Notes under the pieces: generated by a model
Databases searched by the model: none
What the model saw: only the letters and a program-made list of their open reading frames with translations
Told to the model about the DNA's origin: nothing
Position numbers and translations under genes: made by a program
In this document: positions 41,267 through 50,348 of the stretch, piece by piece
How the letters are laid out: each line of letters begins with the position of its first letter
How positions within the stretch are numbered: position 1 is the stretch's first letter
From: Acidobacteriota bacterium
Lineage (GTDB): Bacteria; Acidobacteriota; UBA6911
NCBI GenBank assembly: GCA_031271905.1
Contig: JAISUT010000025.1
Coordinates: 30,522-94,521, forward strand
Reading direction: 5' to 3'
DNA length: 64,000 nt

Positions 41267-42649
41267 CTAAGAACCCTTGCGGACTAGAACCGTCTTGACG
41301 GTCTCGAAGATGGTAATCACGTCCAGCACCCAGGACATGTTCTTGATGTAGAAGAGGTCGTATTGCAACTTCTCGATCGTGTGATCCAGGGTGTTGGCGT
41401 ATCCGTAGTTGATTTGCGCCCAGCCGGTGATGCCCGGCTTGACGACGTGGCGCAACGGATAGTAGGGGATGTCCTTGGAAAGCCGCTCGACGAAGAAGGG
41501 GCGTTCCGGCCGAGGCCCGACCAAGTTCATGTCGCCCCGGAGGACGTTGTAGATCTGGGGCAGCTCGTCGATGCGCGTCCGGCGCAACAGGCGGCCGACG
41601 CGCGTGACCCGGCTGTCGCCGTCTTGGGTGCTCCACACCGGCCCCGTCCCCTTCTCGGCGTCTTGGCTCATGGAGCGGAACTTCACCAGGGTGAACACGC
41701 GGCCGTTCTGGCCGACGCGCCGCTGCTTGTAAAACACCGGTCCCTTGGAATCGAGCTTGATCAGGATCATGGCGAGCAACAGGAGCGGGGAGGTCAGTAA
41801 TAGCAGCCCCAGCGCCATCAGGGTCGAGGTGATGCGCTTGCGCAAGAAGATGCCGCTGGAGATGTCGAAGCCGTTGTTGAAGATCAGCCAGCTCGGCTTG
41901 AGGTTCTCCACCGGGATCTTGCCGGTGATCCATTCGTAGAAGGCGGTGACGTCCTCGATGGCCATGCCTTTCGTCTTTGATTCCAGCAACTCCCCGACCG
42001 GCAGCTTCCCCCGGTTGTCATTGAGGCCGACGATGATATGGTTGATGTTGAGCTCGTCCACGAGTCGCGGGAATTCATCGAAAGTCCCGATGATCTGGTG
42101 GTCGGCGATGGACTCGCCTACCCGCGCGGGGTCGTCATCCACGAAACCGATCACTTTGATGCCCAGTTCGGGGTGCTTCTTGATTTCCTGCACGGTGACG
42201 CATACCAGGTCGCTGGTGCCGAGCACCAACATGTTCACCTGCGGCTGGCGCACCCGCAGGTAGAAGCAGAGCGTGGTGTGCCAGAAGAAGATGAACAAGG
42301 CGCTGAGGAGCAGGCTGTAGGCGAAGACGCCGCGACCGACCGTCAGGGTGGGGATCGTGTAGAAGATGACGCAGATGAAGAGCACCGCGACGGTGATCGC
42401 CTGTAGCAGCCTTTGGATGAACCTTATGGAGAGGCGCGCCCCTTGGAAGCGGTATATGTCGTGCAGGTGCAGGGAGAGCTGGAAAATGACGGCGATCAAC
42501 AGGGCTTTGCCCAAGACCAGGTAGCGTTCCGGCAGGGTTTCCGGAAAGTTGAGCAGGCGGACGAGGTACCCGATCAAGCCGCAACAGACCAAGAGGACTG
42601 TCTCGGCGAAGACAACACCCAACCGTCGTAAAGCAAGATAACGCCACAT
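41267..42649 (-). CDS. Priming polyprenyl-phosphate sugar transferase (EPS/PEP-CTERM-system type)
   Basis: 4 N-terminal TM helices; KFRSM, DxRVTRVG..LR.TRIDELPQ, GPRPERP, KPGITGWAQ, YDLFYIKN. Confidence 0.92.
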   Translation of the reverse strand: MWRYLALRRLGVVFAETVLLVCCGLIGYLVRLLNFPETLPERYLVLGKALLIAVIFQLSLHLHDIYRFQGARLSIRFIQRLLQAITVAVLFICVIFYTIPTLTVGRGVFAYSLLLSALFIFFWHTTLCFYLRVRQPQVNMLVLGTSDLVCVTVQEIKKHPELGIKVIGFVDDDPARVGESIADHQIIGTFDEFPRLVDELNINHIIVGLNDNRGKLPVGELLESKTKGMAIEDVTAFYEWITGKIPVENLKPSWLIFNNGFDISSGIFLRKRITSTLMALGLLLLTSPLLLLAMILIKLDSKGPVFYKQRRVGQNGRVFTLVKFRSMSQDAEKGTGPVWSTQDGDSRVTRVGRLLRRTRIDELPQIYNVLRGDMNLVGPRPERPFFVERLSKDIPYYPLRHVVKPGITGWAQINYGYANTLDHTIEKLQYDLFYIKNMSWVLDVITIFETVKTVLVRKGS

Positions 42650-42875
42650 AGCCGTTACTCGATAATCATCGATCCTTTCGGCGAAAACAAGGTGCGCGGA
42701 ACATACTCCATGAATTCATAAATACCGCATGCGCCATATACGATAGCAACTTTACTACATCCACATCGGCAAATAAACCGCTGCGTGTTAGCCTATTCGC
42801 CCGTCAGCCATCGGCTCATCGGGTGGCGCGGCGGGAGACGTCAGGTCATTTCGCACCCCTCCCGCAAGGTTTTTC

Positions 42876-43727
42876 TCAGTGCGACGGAGCGTAGCCCCTT
42901 GACAGACAGACTTCGGAGACCGTGGCGAAACTGAATTCCTGGAGCAGCCGTTCGACCTTGCCCTGCATCCTCCCGAGGTGCGTGTAATGCCGCAGCCTGG
43001 ATTTGAGCGGGGCGGCGATCCGCGGCTGGCCGGGATCGATTTCCCACGGGTGGAAATAGACCATCGCGGGTTGTCCCTCCACCTCGTTCACATGGCGGAT
43101 GGCCCAACGGGTGACTTGGTAGGGGAGGAGCCGCAGATACCCGCCCCCGGCGACGCCGATGCCGACGGACGCCTTTTTGATGGTCGTGGGGGGGAACTCG
43201 ACGAGCCCGTTCCGTCCATGCGGGAAGCGGGGCGCGTCGGGGATGCCGTACAGGTCGTGCCGGGCGGGGAATATCGAGGAATCGATCTCGAACCCCTCCT
43301 CGGCGAGGATGTCCAGCGCCCAGAGGGTGGCCTCCGTGATGGAGAAGCTGGGGGCGCGGTAGCAACGCACCGCCTGCCCGGTCTGCTCCGCCAGCAGCCG
43401 TCGGGCGCGCCGCACGTCTTCGCGGAACCCCTCCGGCGTCTGCCGCCGGATGTGCTGGTGGGCGTATCCGTGGCAACCGACCTCGTGTCCGGCGTCGGCG
43501 ATCCTCTTGGCGAGCCCCGGGGCCTTTTCCGCGACCCAGCCGAGGATGAAGAAGGTCGCCTTGGCGTCATGGCGGGCGAAGATATCCAGGATGCGGTTGA
43601 CGTTTCCCTCGACGCGCATCTCGTAACCCGCCCAATCCGCAGGGGAGATCGAAGACGCGAACGCCTCCACGTGGAAATAGTCCTCCACGTCCACGGTCAA
43701 TGCGTTCACTGGTTGAGGATTCTGCAC
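42876..43727 (-). CDS. Polysaccharide deacetylase (PEP-CTERM/XrtA-locus type)
   Basis: TVDVEDYF, ATFFILGW, GHEVGCHGYAH, YRAPSFS, GGGYLRLLP, YFHPWEIDP; start uncertain. Confidence 0.9.
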   Translation of the reverse strand: MQNPQPVNALTVDVEDYFHVEAFASSISPADWAGYEMRVEGNVNRILDIFARHDAKATFFILGWVAEKAPGLAKRIADAGHEVGCHGYAHQHIRRQTPEGFREDVRRARRLLAEQTGQAVRCYRAPSFSITEATLWALDILAEEGFEIDSSIFPARHDLYGIPDAPRFPHGRNGLVEFPPTTIKKASVGIGVAGGGYLRLLPYQVTRWAIRHVNEVEGQPAMVYFHPWEIDPGQPRIAAPLKSRLRHYTHLGRMQGKVERLLQEFSFATVSEVCLSRGYAPSH

Positions 43728-43817
43728 GGTGAGCTCCGGTGTGACGCGGTGCCGACCGACGCCGGATGGCAACCCGCTCCCGCGCAACGGCTCCGGGGGC
43801 GAGGCTGCGGCACATGC

Positions 43818-44735
43818 CTACTTCTGCTTTTGATAGTAATACTGGTAATAGTAGCGTGACGTGTGAACTTGTTTTTGGCGGTTCAGCACGACGCCGCAGA
43901 TCCGCTCCCGCCCGACTTTGTTGATGGTCTCCTGCACGAGCTTCGCCGGCGTCGAGTTGACCCTCACCACGAAAACGACGGCGTCGCACAGGGGCGCGAT
44001 CAAGCTGGGGTCGGACAGGGACAGCGCCGGCGGGGCGTCGACGATGACCCAGTCGAAATTCCGTGCCGCGAAGCGCAGCATCTTCTCCAGCTCCGGGGAG
44101 CTCAACAGCTCGGACGGGTTGTACGGAAGCGTCCCGGAGGGAAGGAACCAGAATTCCGGGTCGATGGACTTCAGGAGGGAGCGGCGAAAATCGCTCACCC
44201 CTTGCAGGACTTGCGCCGTCCCGGCGATCCCGCTGTTGCCGTTGAGGCCGTAGTCGCGCCCGGAGCCCATCTTGCGCATGTCGGCGTCGATGATGACGAC
44301 GCGCTTGCCCTGCTCCTGCGCCATGACCCCCGCGAGCGCACAGGAGGTGAAGCTCTTCCCCTCCTGGGGGATCGTGCTGGTCACCAAGACGGTGCGGATG
44401 CCGTTCTGTTTCTGCAACAGGGACAGCTTGGTGCGCAAAACGCGGAACTGCTCCCCGAGGACGGTCCTGGGGTTCATGGCGTTTTGCATCTGGTCGGTGG
44501 CTTGGGAGAAGTCGAACATCTCGGCGGGGACGAACCCGTCGTCGGTGGAAAGCGATCCGTTGAAATCGTCCGAAGGCGGCGGCATGCCTAGTGGCATGCC
44601 AAGGGGGGGGGGGACCTGCGACTCCGCCGCCGGCGGCGCATACCGGGATGAGGCAGGCGCGGCGACGCTGGAGGAATACCCCGCCTTTTTCCGCACGGCC
44701 TCGGTCTTTTTCAGAAAATCGAAAATTTCACTCAT
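43818..44735 (-). CDS. CpsD/CapB-family tyrosine-protein kinase
   Basis: EQFRVLRT, TSTxxxEGKS, IDADMR, VDAPP, C-terminal Tyr cluster. Confidence 0.9.
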   Translation of the reverse strand: MSEIFDFLKKTEAVRKKAGYSSSVAAPASSRYAPPAAESQVPPPLGMPLGMPPPSDDFNGSLSTDDGFVPAEMFDFSQATDQMQNAMNPRTVLGEQFRVLRTKLSLLQKQNGIRTVLVTSTIPQEGKSFTSCALAGVMAQEQGKRVVIIDADMRKMGSGRDYGLNGNSGIAGTAQVLQGVSDFRRSLLKSIDPEFWFLPSGTLPYNPSELLSSPELEKMLRFAARNFDWVIVDAPPALSLSDPSLIAPLCDAVVFVVRVNSTPAKLVQETINKVGRERICGVVLNRQKQVHTSRYYYQYYYQKQK

Positions 44736-44903
44736 GCAACCCTTGTGACCTCCGCCCTTTAATCGGCAGGATTGATCTTCGAGTTAATTAATTAATTTAC
44801 TCCTACATGCGGCGGAGGGCAACCATGATATAGTCGTTGGCCCATGGGAAGGTGACGCGCCTGCCATGGTTTCCGGGGGACGGACATCGCGCCAGGAGGC
44901 TTT

Positions 44904-46955
44904 ATGGGATTGTTTCGCGCATTATTCTGTGGCATCGGGGCGGCGGCAAAACCCGCCCCCGCCTTGCTCGCCGCACTTGCGTCCGTCGCCTTCTTGTCAT
45001 CGGCGGAGGAACTTCCGGCGCAGACCGAGGTGATGGCTTGGGGCAACCTGACCGGCGTCCGCGTGGACGGGGAGCTGATGGAGTTCGAAACCTCGTTTCG
45101 AGTGGCGGAACCCGGCTGGACAGACATCGACTGCACCGGGCGGGAGCGGCACGAAACGATGTTCGTCCGCGAGGGCGGCGCGAGCGTCGTGACCAGCTCG
45201 GTGCAGGGGGTCGAATTCGAGCAGCGCGTGCGCGACACCGGCGCGGGCGCGGCGGCGGTGTCGCTTTCCTACAACTATGACGCGGACGCGGGGCATGCCG
45301 CCGAAGGGGCGTTCTACGCCTTCCAACTTCCGGCGCGGCGCTTCGGATCGGGACAGGCGTTGCTGGACGGCGACGCCGTGCCGCTTGACGGCGCGGGGGG
45401 GAAGGCGGGCAAGGCGTCGGTGCGGAAAATCGTCGTCGAGGCGGAACCGGGCGGGCGGGGCGGGAAAGCCCGTCGGCTCCAACTCGACTTCGCCACCCCC
45501 GTCACCGCCTTCGTGCGCCACGAAAAGGACGAGTCCGGCAGGGACGCGCCGACGCTCTACATCACCCTGCTCGATGGCGATTTGGCGAAGGGGCGGAAAG
45601 GCGCGCTTGATTTCACCGTCGCCGCCTCGGGCGACATCGACCGCGGGACGGTGACCGTGACGGTGGACAAGGCGAACCCCGGACGCCTGTTCGCCGGGCT
45701 CGGCGGCAACTTCCGGCTCCAGAACCCCGGCCTCGACCCGCAGGTGATCGACTACAACCTCGAGAACATGCGGGTCGCCTTCGGGCGCGTGGAGATGCCC
45801 TGGTACATGTGGCACCCGCAAGAGGACGCCTCGCCGCTCGACGCCGCCCGCGACGGGAAGCTGAACGAGCAGGCGCGCAAGTCGATGGAGATGGCGCGAC
45901 GCTTGGCGGCGATGGGGATGCCGGTGATCGTCAGCGCCTGGTTCCCGCCCAACTGGGCGGTCGATGGCGACCCGATGGAGGCTTTCAAGCGCGGGGGCGG
46001 GGTGCCCGCGTTGCGCCTCGACCCCGCCAAGTCGCGGAAGGTCTGCCAGTCCATCGCCGACTACCTGGTCTATCTCAAGCAAGCCTACGGCGTGGAAGCC
46101 TACGCCTTCTCCTTCAACGAGTCGGACATCGGCATCAACGTGCTGCACACGCCGGAGGAGCACGCCGTCTTCATCAAGGAGCTGGGGGCGGTCTTGGCGG
46201 AGAAGGGATTGGCGACGAAGTTGCTTTTGGGAGACAACTCGGATGCGACCACGTTCGGCTTCATCCAGCCCGCGCTCGACGACCCGGAGACGCACAAATA
46301 CATCGCCGCCGTCTCTTTCCATTCCTGGCGGGGATGCGACGATGAGACCCTGCGCCGGTGGGCGGGCGCGGCGCGGCGGCTCAACGTCCCGCTGCTGGTG
46401 GGCGAGGGGAGCACCGACGCCGCCGCCTGGCGCTATCCGCAGATCTTCCTCGAACCGGCCTTCGCGCTCTACGAGATAAACCTCTATGTCCGCATCGCCG
46501 CCATCGCGCAACCCCTCAGCATCCTGCAGTGGCAGCTCACCGCAGACTATTCGCTGCTCTGGGGCGGCGGCATATTCCAGTCGGAGGGGGCGCTGCGGCC
46601 GACGCAACGGTTCTGGAACCTGAAGCAGTTGGCGGCGACGCCGGAGGACGCCTTCGCGCTCCCCTTCGCCAGCGACAAGGAGGATGTGAACATAGCCGCC
46701 TTCGGCAACCTCGCGCGCGGCGCATACGCCATCCATCTGGTCAACAACGGCGCGGCGCGGCAGGCGGTCGTCAAGGGTTTGGAGGACTTGCCGGAGCCTG
46801 CCGAGCTGAAAGCCTACGCCACGACCGACAAGTTGGAGATGCAGGAGCTGCCGGTCGTCCGTCGCGGCGACGGCGGCATTGTCGTGGAGCTGCCCGCCAC
46901 GGGTTTTGTCACCGTGCTGGCAAGACCAGCCGCGATATGGCGCGTTTGCCAATGA
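44904..46955 (+). CDS. Exported glycoside hydrolase-like protein (clan GH-A, GH30-like)
   Basis: Signal peptide, acid/base-like SFNESD, SFHSW, nucleophile-like VGE, C-terminal beta-sandwich. Confidence 0.6.
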   Translation: MGLFRALFCGIGAAAKPAPALLAALASVAFLSSAEELPAQTEVMAWGNLTGVRVDGELMEFETSFRVAEPGWTDIDCTGRERHETMFVREGGASVVTSSVQGVEFEQRVRDTGAGAAAVSLSYNYDADAGHAAEGAFYAFQLPARRFGSGQALLDGDAVPLDGAGGKAGKASVRKIVVEAEPGGRGGKARRLQLDFATPVTAFVRHEKDESGRDAPTLYITLLDGDLAKGRKGALDFTVAASGDIDRGTVTVTVDKANPGRLFAGLGGNFRLQNPGLDPQVIDYNLENMRVAFGRVEMPWYMWHPQEDASPLDAARDGKLNEQARKSMEMARRLAAMGMPVIVSAWFPPNWAVDGDPMEAFKRGGGVPALRLDPAKSRKVCQSIADYLVYLKQAYGVEAYAFSFNESDIGINVLHTPEEHAVFIKELGAVLAEKGLATKLLLGDNSDATTFGFIQPALDDPETHKYIAAVSFHSWRGCDDETLRRWAGAARRLNVPLLVGEGSTDAAAWRYPQIFLEPAFALYEINLYVRIAAIAQPLSILQWQLTADYSLLWGGGIFQSEGALRPTQRFWNLKQLAATPEDAFALPFASDKEDVNIAAFGNLARGAYAIHLVNNGAARQAVVKGLEDLPEPAELKAYATTDKLEMQELPVVRRGDGGIVVELPATGFVTVLARPAAIWRVCQ

Positions 46956-47168
46956 AGATTCCGATAAATTCCGACAAATTATTACAAGTCGAATCGCTGC
47001 AAGGTGTTAACAACAAAATTCGCTTGACAGCGCCGTCGGCGTGAATTTAGGATGGACAAGTCGCGAAAGCGGTGGGCGATTTCGTGAACGCGCAATGAAA
47101 CCACCGGGTGCGACGTACCATACTAATGATTGTCGGTATTGGAAACGGTTGTCAAACGAGGTATCCGC

Positions 47169-48056
47169 ATGGCTGGAGATAACGATAATACGAACACCGC
47201 CGTAGAAGCCGTCGGGGGCGGGGACGGGAAGAAGGTCTCCCGGCGCGCCTTCGTCGTGGGGAGCGGCGCGGCATTGGCTGGTGGGGCGCTTGCGACGACG
47301 GCCCATGCCGCCGCGCAGACGACGGAGGCTCCCAAGATACAAAAGGCCGTCTATCCGCGTTCCACCAAATACCTGGTCTACGACAGCATGCACTGCGCCG
47401 GTTGCCTCGGCTGCATGTTGGCATGTTCGCTAGTCCACGAAGGGGTGACCAGCCTCTCGCTGTCGCGCATCCAGGTGCATCGCTCGGTGCTGAGCAAGTA
47501 CCCGCTCGACATGCAGCAGAACGTCTGTCGGCAGTGTCCCGACCCGCTGTGCGTGGACAACTGCCCCACGGGCGCGGCCCACGTCAGCGCCGAGAACGGC
47601 AACATCCGCATGATCGACGAGGCGAAGTGCATCGGCTGCCAGACGTGCATCAAGTCCTGTCCGCAACTGCCGCACCGCACCATCTGGAACCCGGCGAAGA
47701 AAAAGTCCACCAAGTGCGACCTGTGCGTGAACACCCCTTTCTACAACAAGAAGGGGGGGCCTGGCGGCGCGCAGGCGTGCGTGGAAGCCTGTCCGCGCAA
47801 CGCCCTGAAAGTCGTGGACGAGATGCCCGACCAGGCCGACCACCGCGGCGTCGCCCAGAACGACACCGCCGGCTACGACCGCAACTTGCAGCCGCCGGCG
47901 CCCAAGATGCCGTTCGGCTTCGGCCCCGGCGCCAAGCCCAAGGGCAAGACCGGCGCGAAACCCGGTGCGAAACCCGACGCCAAGCCCGACGGTGCGCCTG
48001 ACGCGAAACCCGCTCCTGAGGGTAAACCTGCGGCGTCTGCGGCACCCGCCAACTAA
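47169..48056 (+). CDS. Tat-signal 4Fe-4S electron-transfer protein (AOR partner)
   Basis: SRRAFV Tat motif; CAGCLGCMLAC, CRQCxDPLCxxNCP, CIGCQTCIKSCP, KCDLC...CVEACP. Confidence 0.9.
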   Translation: MAGDNDNTNTAVEAVGGGDGKKVSRRAFVVGSGAALAGGALATTAHAAAQTTEAPKIQKAVYPRSTKYLVYDSMHCAGCLGCMLACSLVHEGVTSLSLSRIQVHRSVLSKYPLDMQQNVCRQCPDPLCVDNCPTGAAHVSAENGNIRMIDEAKCIGCQTCIKSCPQLPHRTIWNPAKKKSTKCDLCVNTPFYNKKGGPGGAQACVEACPRNALKVVDEMPDQADHRGVAQNDTAGYDRNLQPPAPKMPFGFGPGAKPKGKTGAKPGAKPDAKPDGAPDAKPAPEGKPAASAAPAN

Positions 48057-48063
48057 ATAGACG

Positions 48064-48126
48064 GGGAGCGCTAAAAAGCCCGCAGACAAGGCGCAACGCA
48101 GTATCCGGGGTTTTTTAGAGGTTCCC
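48064..48126. mobile_element. MITE copy 2 (63 bp, internally deleted, inverted)
   Basis: Reverse complement of the repeat with the middle missing; one TIR intact, the other degenerate. Confidence 0.8.
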
Positions 48127-48144
48127 TAAGGAGGATAGAGAGTC

Positions 48145-50208
48145 ATGGGTACACCTGGATTTGGCGGCAAGCTCCTCGTGGTCAACCTTACGACCAAGGA
48201 GATCATCCGGCTGGACAGCCAAGAATACGAGAAATACGGCGGGGGCCACGGCACCGCCACGGCGCTTTTCTGGGAGTTCTGCGTGAAACCGGGCGACTGG
48301 GACTTGCAGGACGCCTTCGACCCGCACAACATGGTGTCGCTCACGGTCGGCGCGATGGCTGGCACGGGCACTCCCGCCTCGGCGCGCACCAGCGTTTCGG
48401 GCATGTCGCCGCAATGTTATCCGATACAGTGGTTCTGCCACAGCAACTTCGGCGGGATGTTCTCCACCATGCTGAAGATGGCGGGCTGGGACGGCGTGGC
48501 GGTCATCGGTCGCGCCGAGTCGCCGGTCTACATCAACATCGTGGACGACAAGGTCACGATCGAGGACGCGAAGTCGCTCTGGGGCCTCACCACCTGGGAG
48601 TGCCAAGAGGAGATCTGGAAGCGCACCGGGGTGCGTTTCGGGCAGGAGTGGTGGAAGCTCGACGGCGGCTACTCCCTGCAACGGCCGCAGATCGTCACGA
48701 TGGGCGCGGCGGGGGAGAACATGACGCGCGTCGCCTCGCTGGTCCACGGCGGCGGCAGCGGCGCGGGGCAGGGGGGCTTCGGCGGCGTCTTCGGCTCGAA
48801 GAACCTGAAGGCGGTCGCGGTCATGGGGACGGGCAGCATCAAGATAGCCGACCCCAAGGGGTTGAAGGACGCGCGCGAGTGGTGGGACAAGACCTGGCCG
48901 CGCGGCGGCGGCTTCGGCGGCTTCGGCTTCGGCTCCCCGGGCGAGGTCACCTCCTGCTGCGTCGGCTGCGGCATCCCGCGCTTCTGCCACAACCGCACCC
49001 GCGTCCACAGCAAGGATTCGGACGACTGCGCGGAATCGACGTGGTACACGCTGGAGGACAGGCAGGTGCCGACGGAGGTCAACCAGCGGGGCACGGACAT
49101 CTGCCAGCAGCACAGCATCAACGCCATGGAGACCTGCTTCATGGGGCCGATGACGTTCGACACCTCGCACAACCCGTCGTTCCCTATTCAGCCGAAGATC
49201 CCGGCCTACTCGGCGCTCGGCTGGTACATGAAGAAGATGTACGACATGGGGGTCATCGGCCCCGGCACGAAGTTCGACACCTCGCCCCTGCCGATGGAGG
49301 AGTACGGCTCGCGCAACTTCATGGAGATCTACGGCTACGCCATCGCCAACCGCGTCGGCATCGGGAACCTCCTGGCGGAGGGGACGGCGCGCTTTTGCGA
49401 GAAGCTGGGGCGCACGGACGACTTCAGCACGCTCTGCCGGCTGACGATGTGGGGTTTCATGGACCACTGGTCGATGCCTGGCGTGGAGTGGGCTTACGGT
49501 AACCTGTTCGACTCGCGCGACATCAACAACCACGACATGTCGCTGGGGCGCAAGAACGGCATCACCTGCGAGCAGTTCGTCAACATCATGGCGAAGCGCA
49601 CGCCGCCGACGGAGGATCCGTTCTGGTTCGACTACAGTTGGGAGGGGGAGCAGGCGTACAAGACGGGCATCTACTCCGAGCACAAGGCGCAGTGGGTGGC
49701 ATGGCACCAGCACTACTGGAACTACTACAAGGAGTCGGTGGGCTTCTGCGACTGGGGCTACTCGCAGCTTTACAACCAGGCGCACAAGGAGGGGTTCGGG
49801 CACACGCCTGAGATCGAGCCCAAGTACCTGAACGCGGTCACGGGGCGCAACCACACCTTCGAGGACGGCTTGGAGATCGGGCGGCGCGCGTGGAACCTGA
49901 AGCGGGCGATCTTCGTCCTGCAGGGGCGCGACAAGAAGATGGAGAAGTTCACGGGCTACTACTACAAGCCGGGCGCGTCCTACTGCGGCTATGCGAAGGA
50001 GCTGACGGTCTACGACGGCTCGAAGTGGGAGTGGCAGAACTGCAACGAGCTGTACTTCACCGTGGAGGGGGTGGAGAAGTTCAAAGACCACTTCTACAAG
50101 GTGGAGGGGTGGAACGTGGACAACGGCTACCCGACGCGCAAGACGCTGGAGGATTTGGATCTGAAGCCCGTCGCCGACACCCTCCAGTCCAAAGGCAAGC
50201 TCGGGTGA
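48145..50208 (+). CDS. Aldehyde:ferredoxin oxidoreductase-family protein (W/Mo bis-pterin)
   Basis: GKLLVVNL, YGGGxG, SNFGG..LKMAGWDG, GAAGEN, FGSKNLKAV, CxxC..C, LAEG, GW...GxPT. Confidence 0.9.
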   Translation: MGTPGFGGKLLVVNLTTKEIIRLDSQEYEKYGGGHGTATALFWEFCVKPGDWDLQDAFDPHNMVSLTVGAMAGTGTPASARTSVSGMSPQCYPIQWFCHSNFGGMFSTMLKMAGWDGVAVIGRAESPVYINIVDDKVTIEDAKSLWGLTTWECQEEIWKRTGVRFGQEWWKLDGGYSLQRPQIVTMGAAGENMTRVASLVHGGGSGAGQGGFGGVFGSKNLKAVAVMGTGSIKIADPKGLKDAREWWDKTWPRGGGFGGFGFGSPGEVTSCCVGCGIPRFCHNRTRVHSKDSDDCAESTWYTLEDRQVPTEVNQRGTDICQQHSINAMETCFMGPMTFDTSHNPSFPIQPKIPAYSALGWYMKKMYDMGVIGPGTKFDTSPLPMEEYGSRNFMEIYGYAIANRVGIGNLLAEGTARFCEKLGRTDDFSTLCRLTMWGFMDHWSMPGVEWAYGNLFDSRDINNHDMSLGRKNGITCEQFVNIMAKRTPPTEDPFWFDYSWEGEQAYKTGIYSEHKAQWVAWHQHYWNYYKESVGFCDWGYSQLYNQAHKEGFGHTPEIEPKYLNAVTGRNHTFEDGLEIGRRAWNLKRAIFVLQGRDKKMEKFTGYYYKPGASYCGYAKELTVYDGSKWEWQNCNELYFTVEGVEKFKDHFYKVEGWNVDNGYPTRKTLEDLDLKPVADTLQSKGKLG

Positions 50209-50220
50209 CGCAGGGCTAGG

Positions 50221-50275
50221 ATGACGGGCGTTCGCGCCCGTCATGAAAGCGGGGGGCGCGGCATGCCGTGCCCCC
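50221..50275. repeat. Hairpin plus REP-like palindrome downstream of AOR
   Basis: ATGACGGGCG-ttcg-CGCCCGTCAT followed by GGGGGCGCGGCATGCCGTGCCCCC. Confidence 0.5.
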
Positions 50276-50348
50276 GACGCAGCGCCAAGCGAAAAGCCGC
50301 CGGGGGAGTCTGTCCACCGCCAGTTGCTAAACCGCCGTTTGCCTTATG

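Noticed and set aside
42735-42770. Sigma54 promoter for the sugar transferase
   Set aside because: TTGC is present but the -24 position reads TG rather than GG
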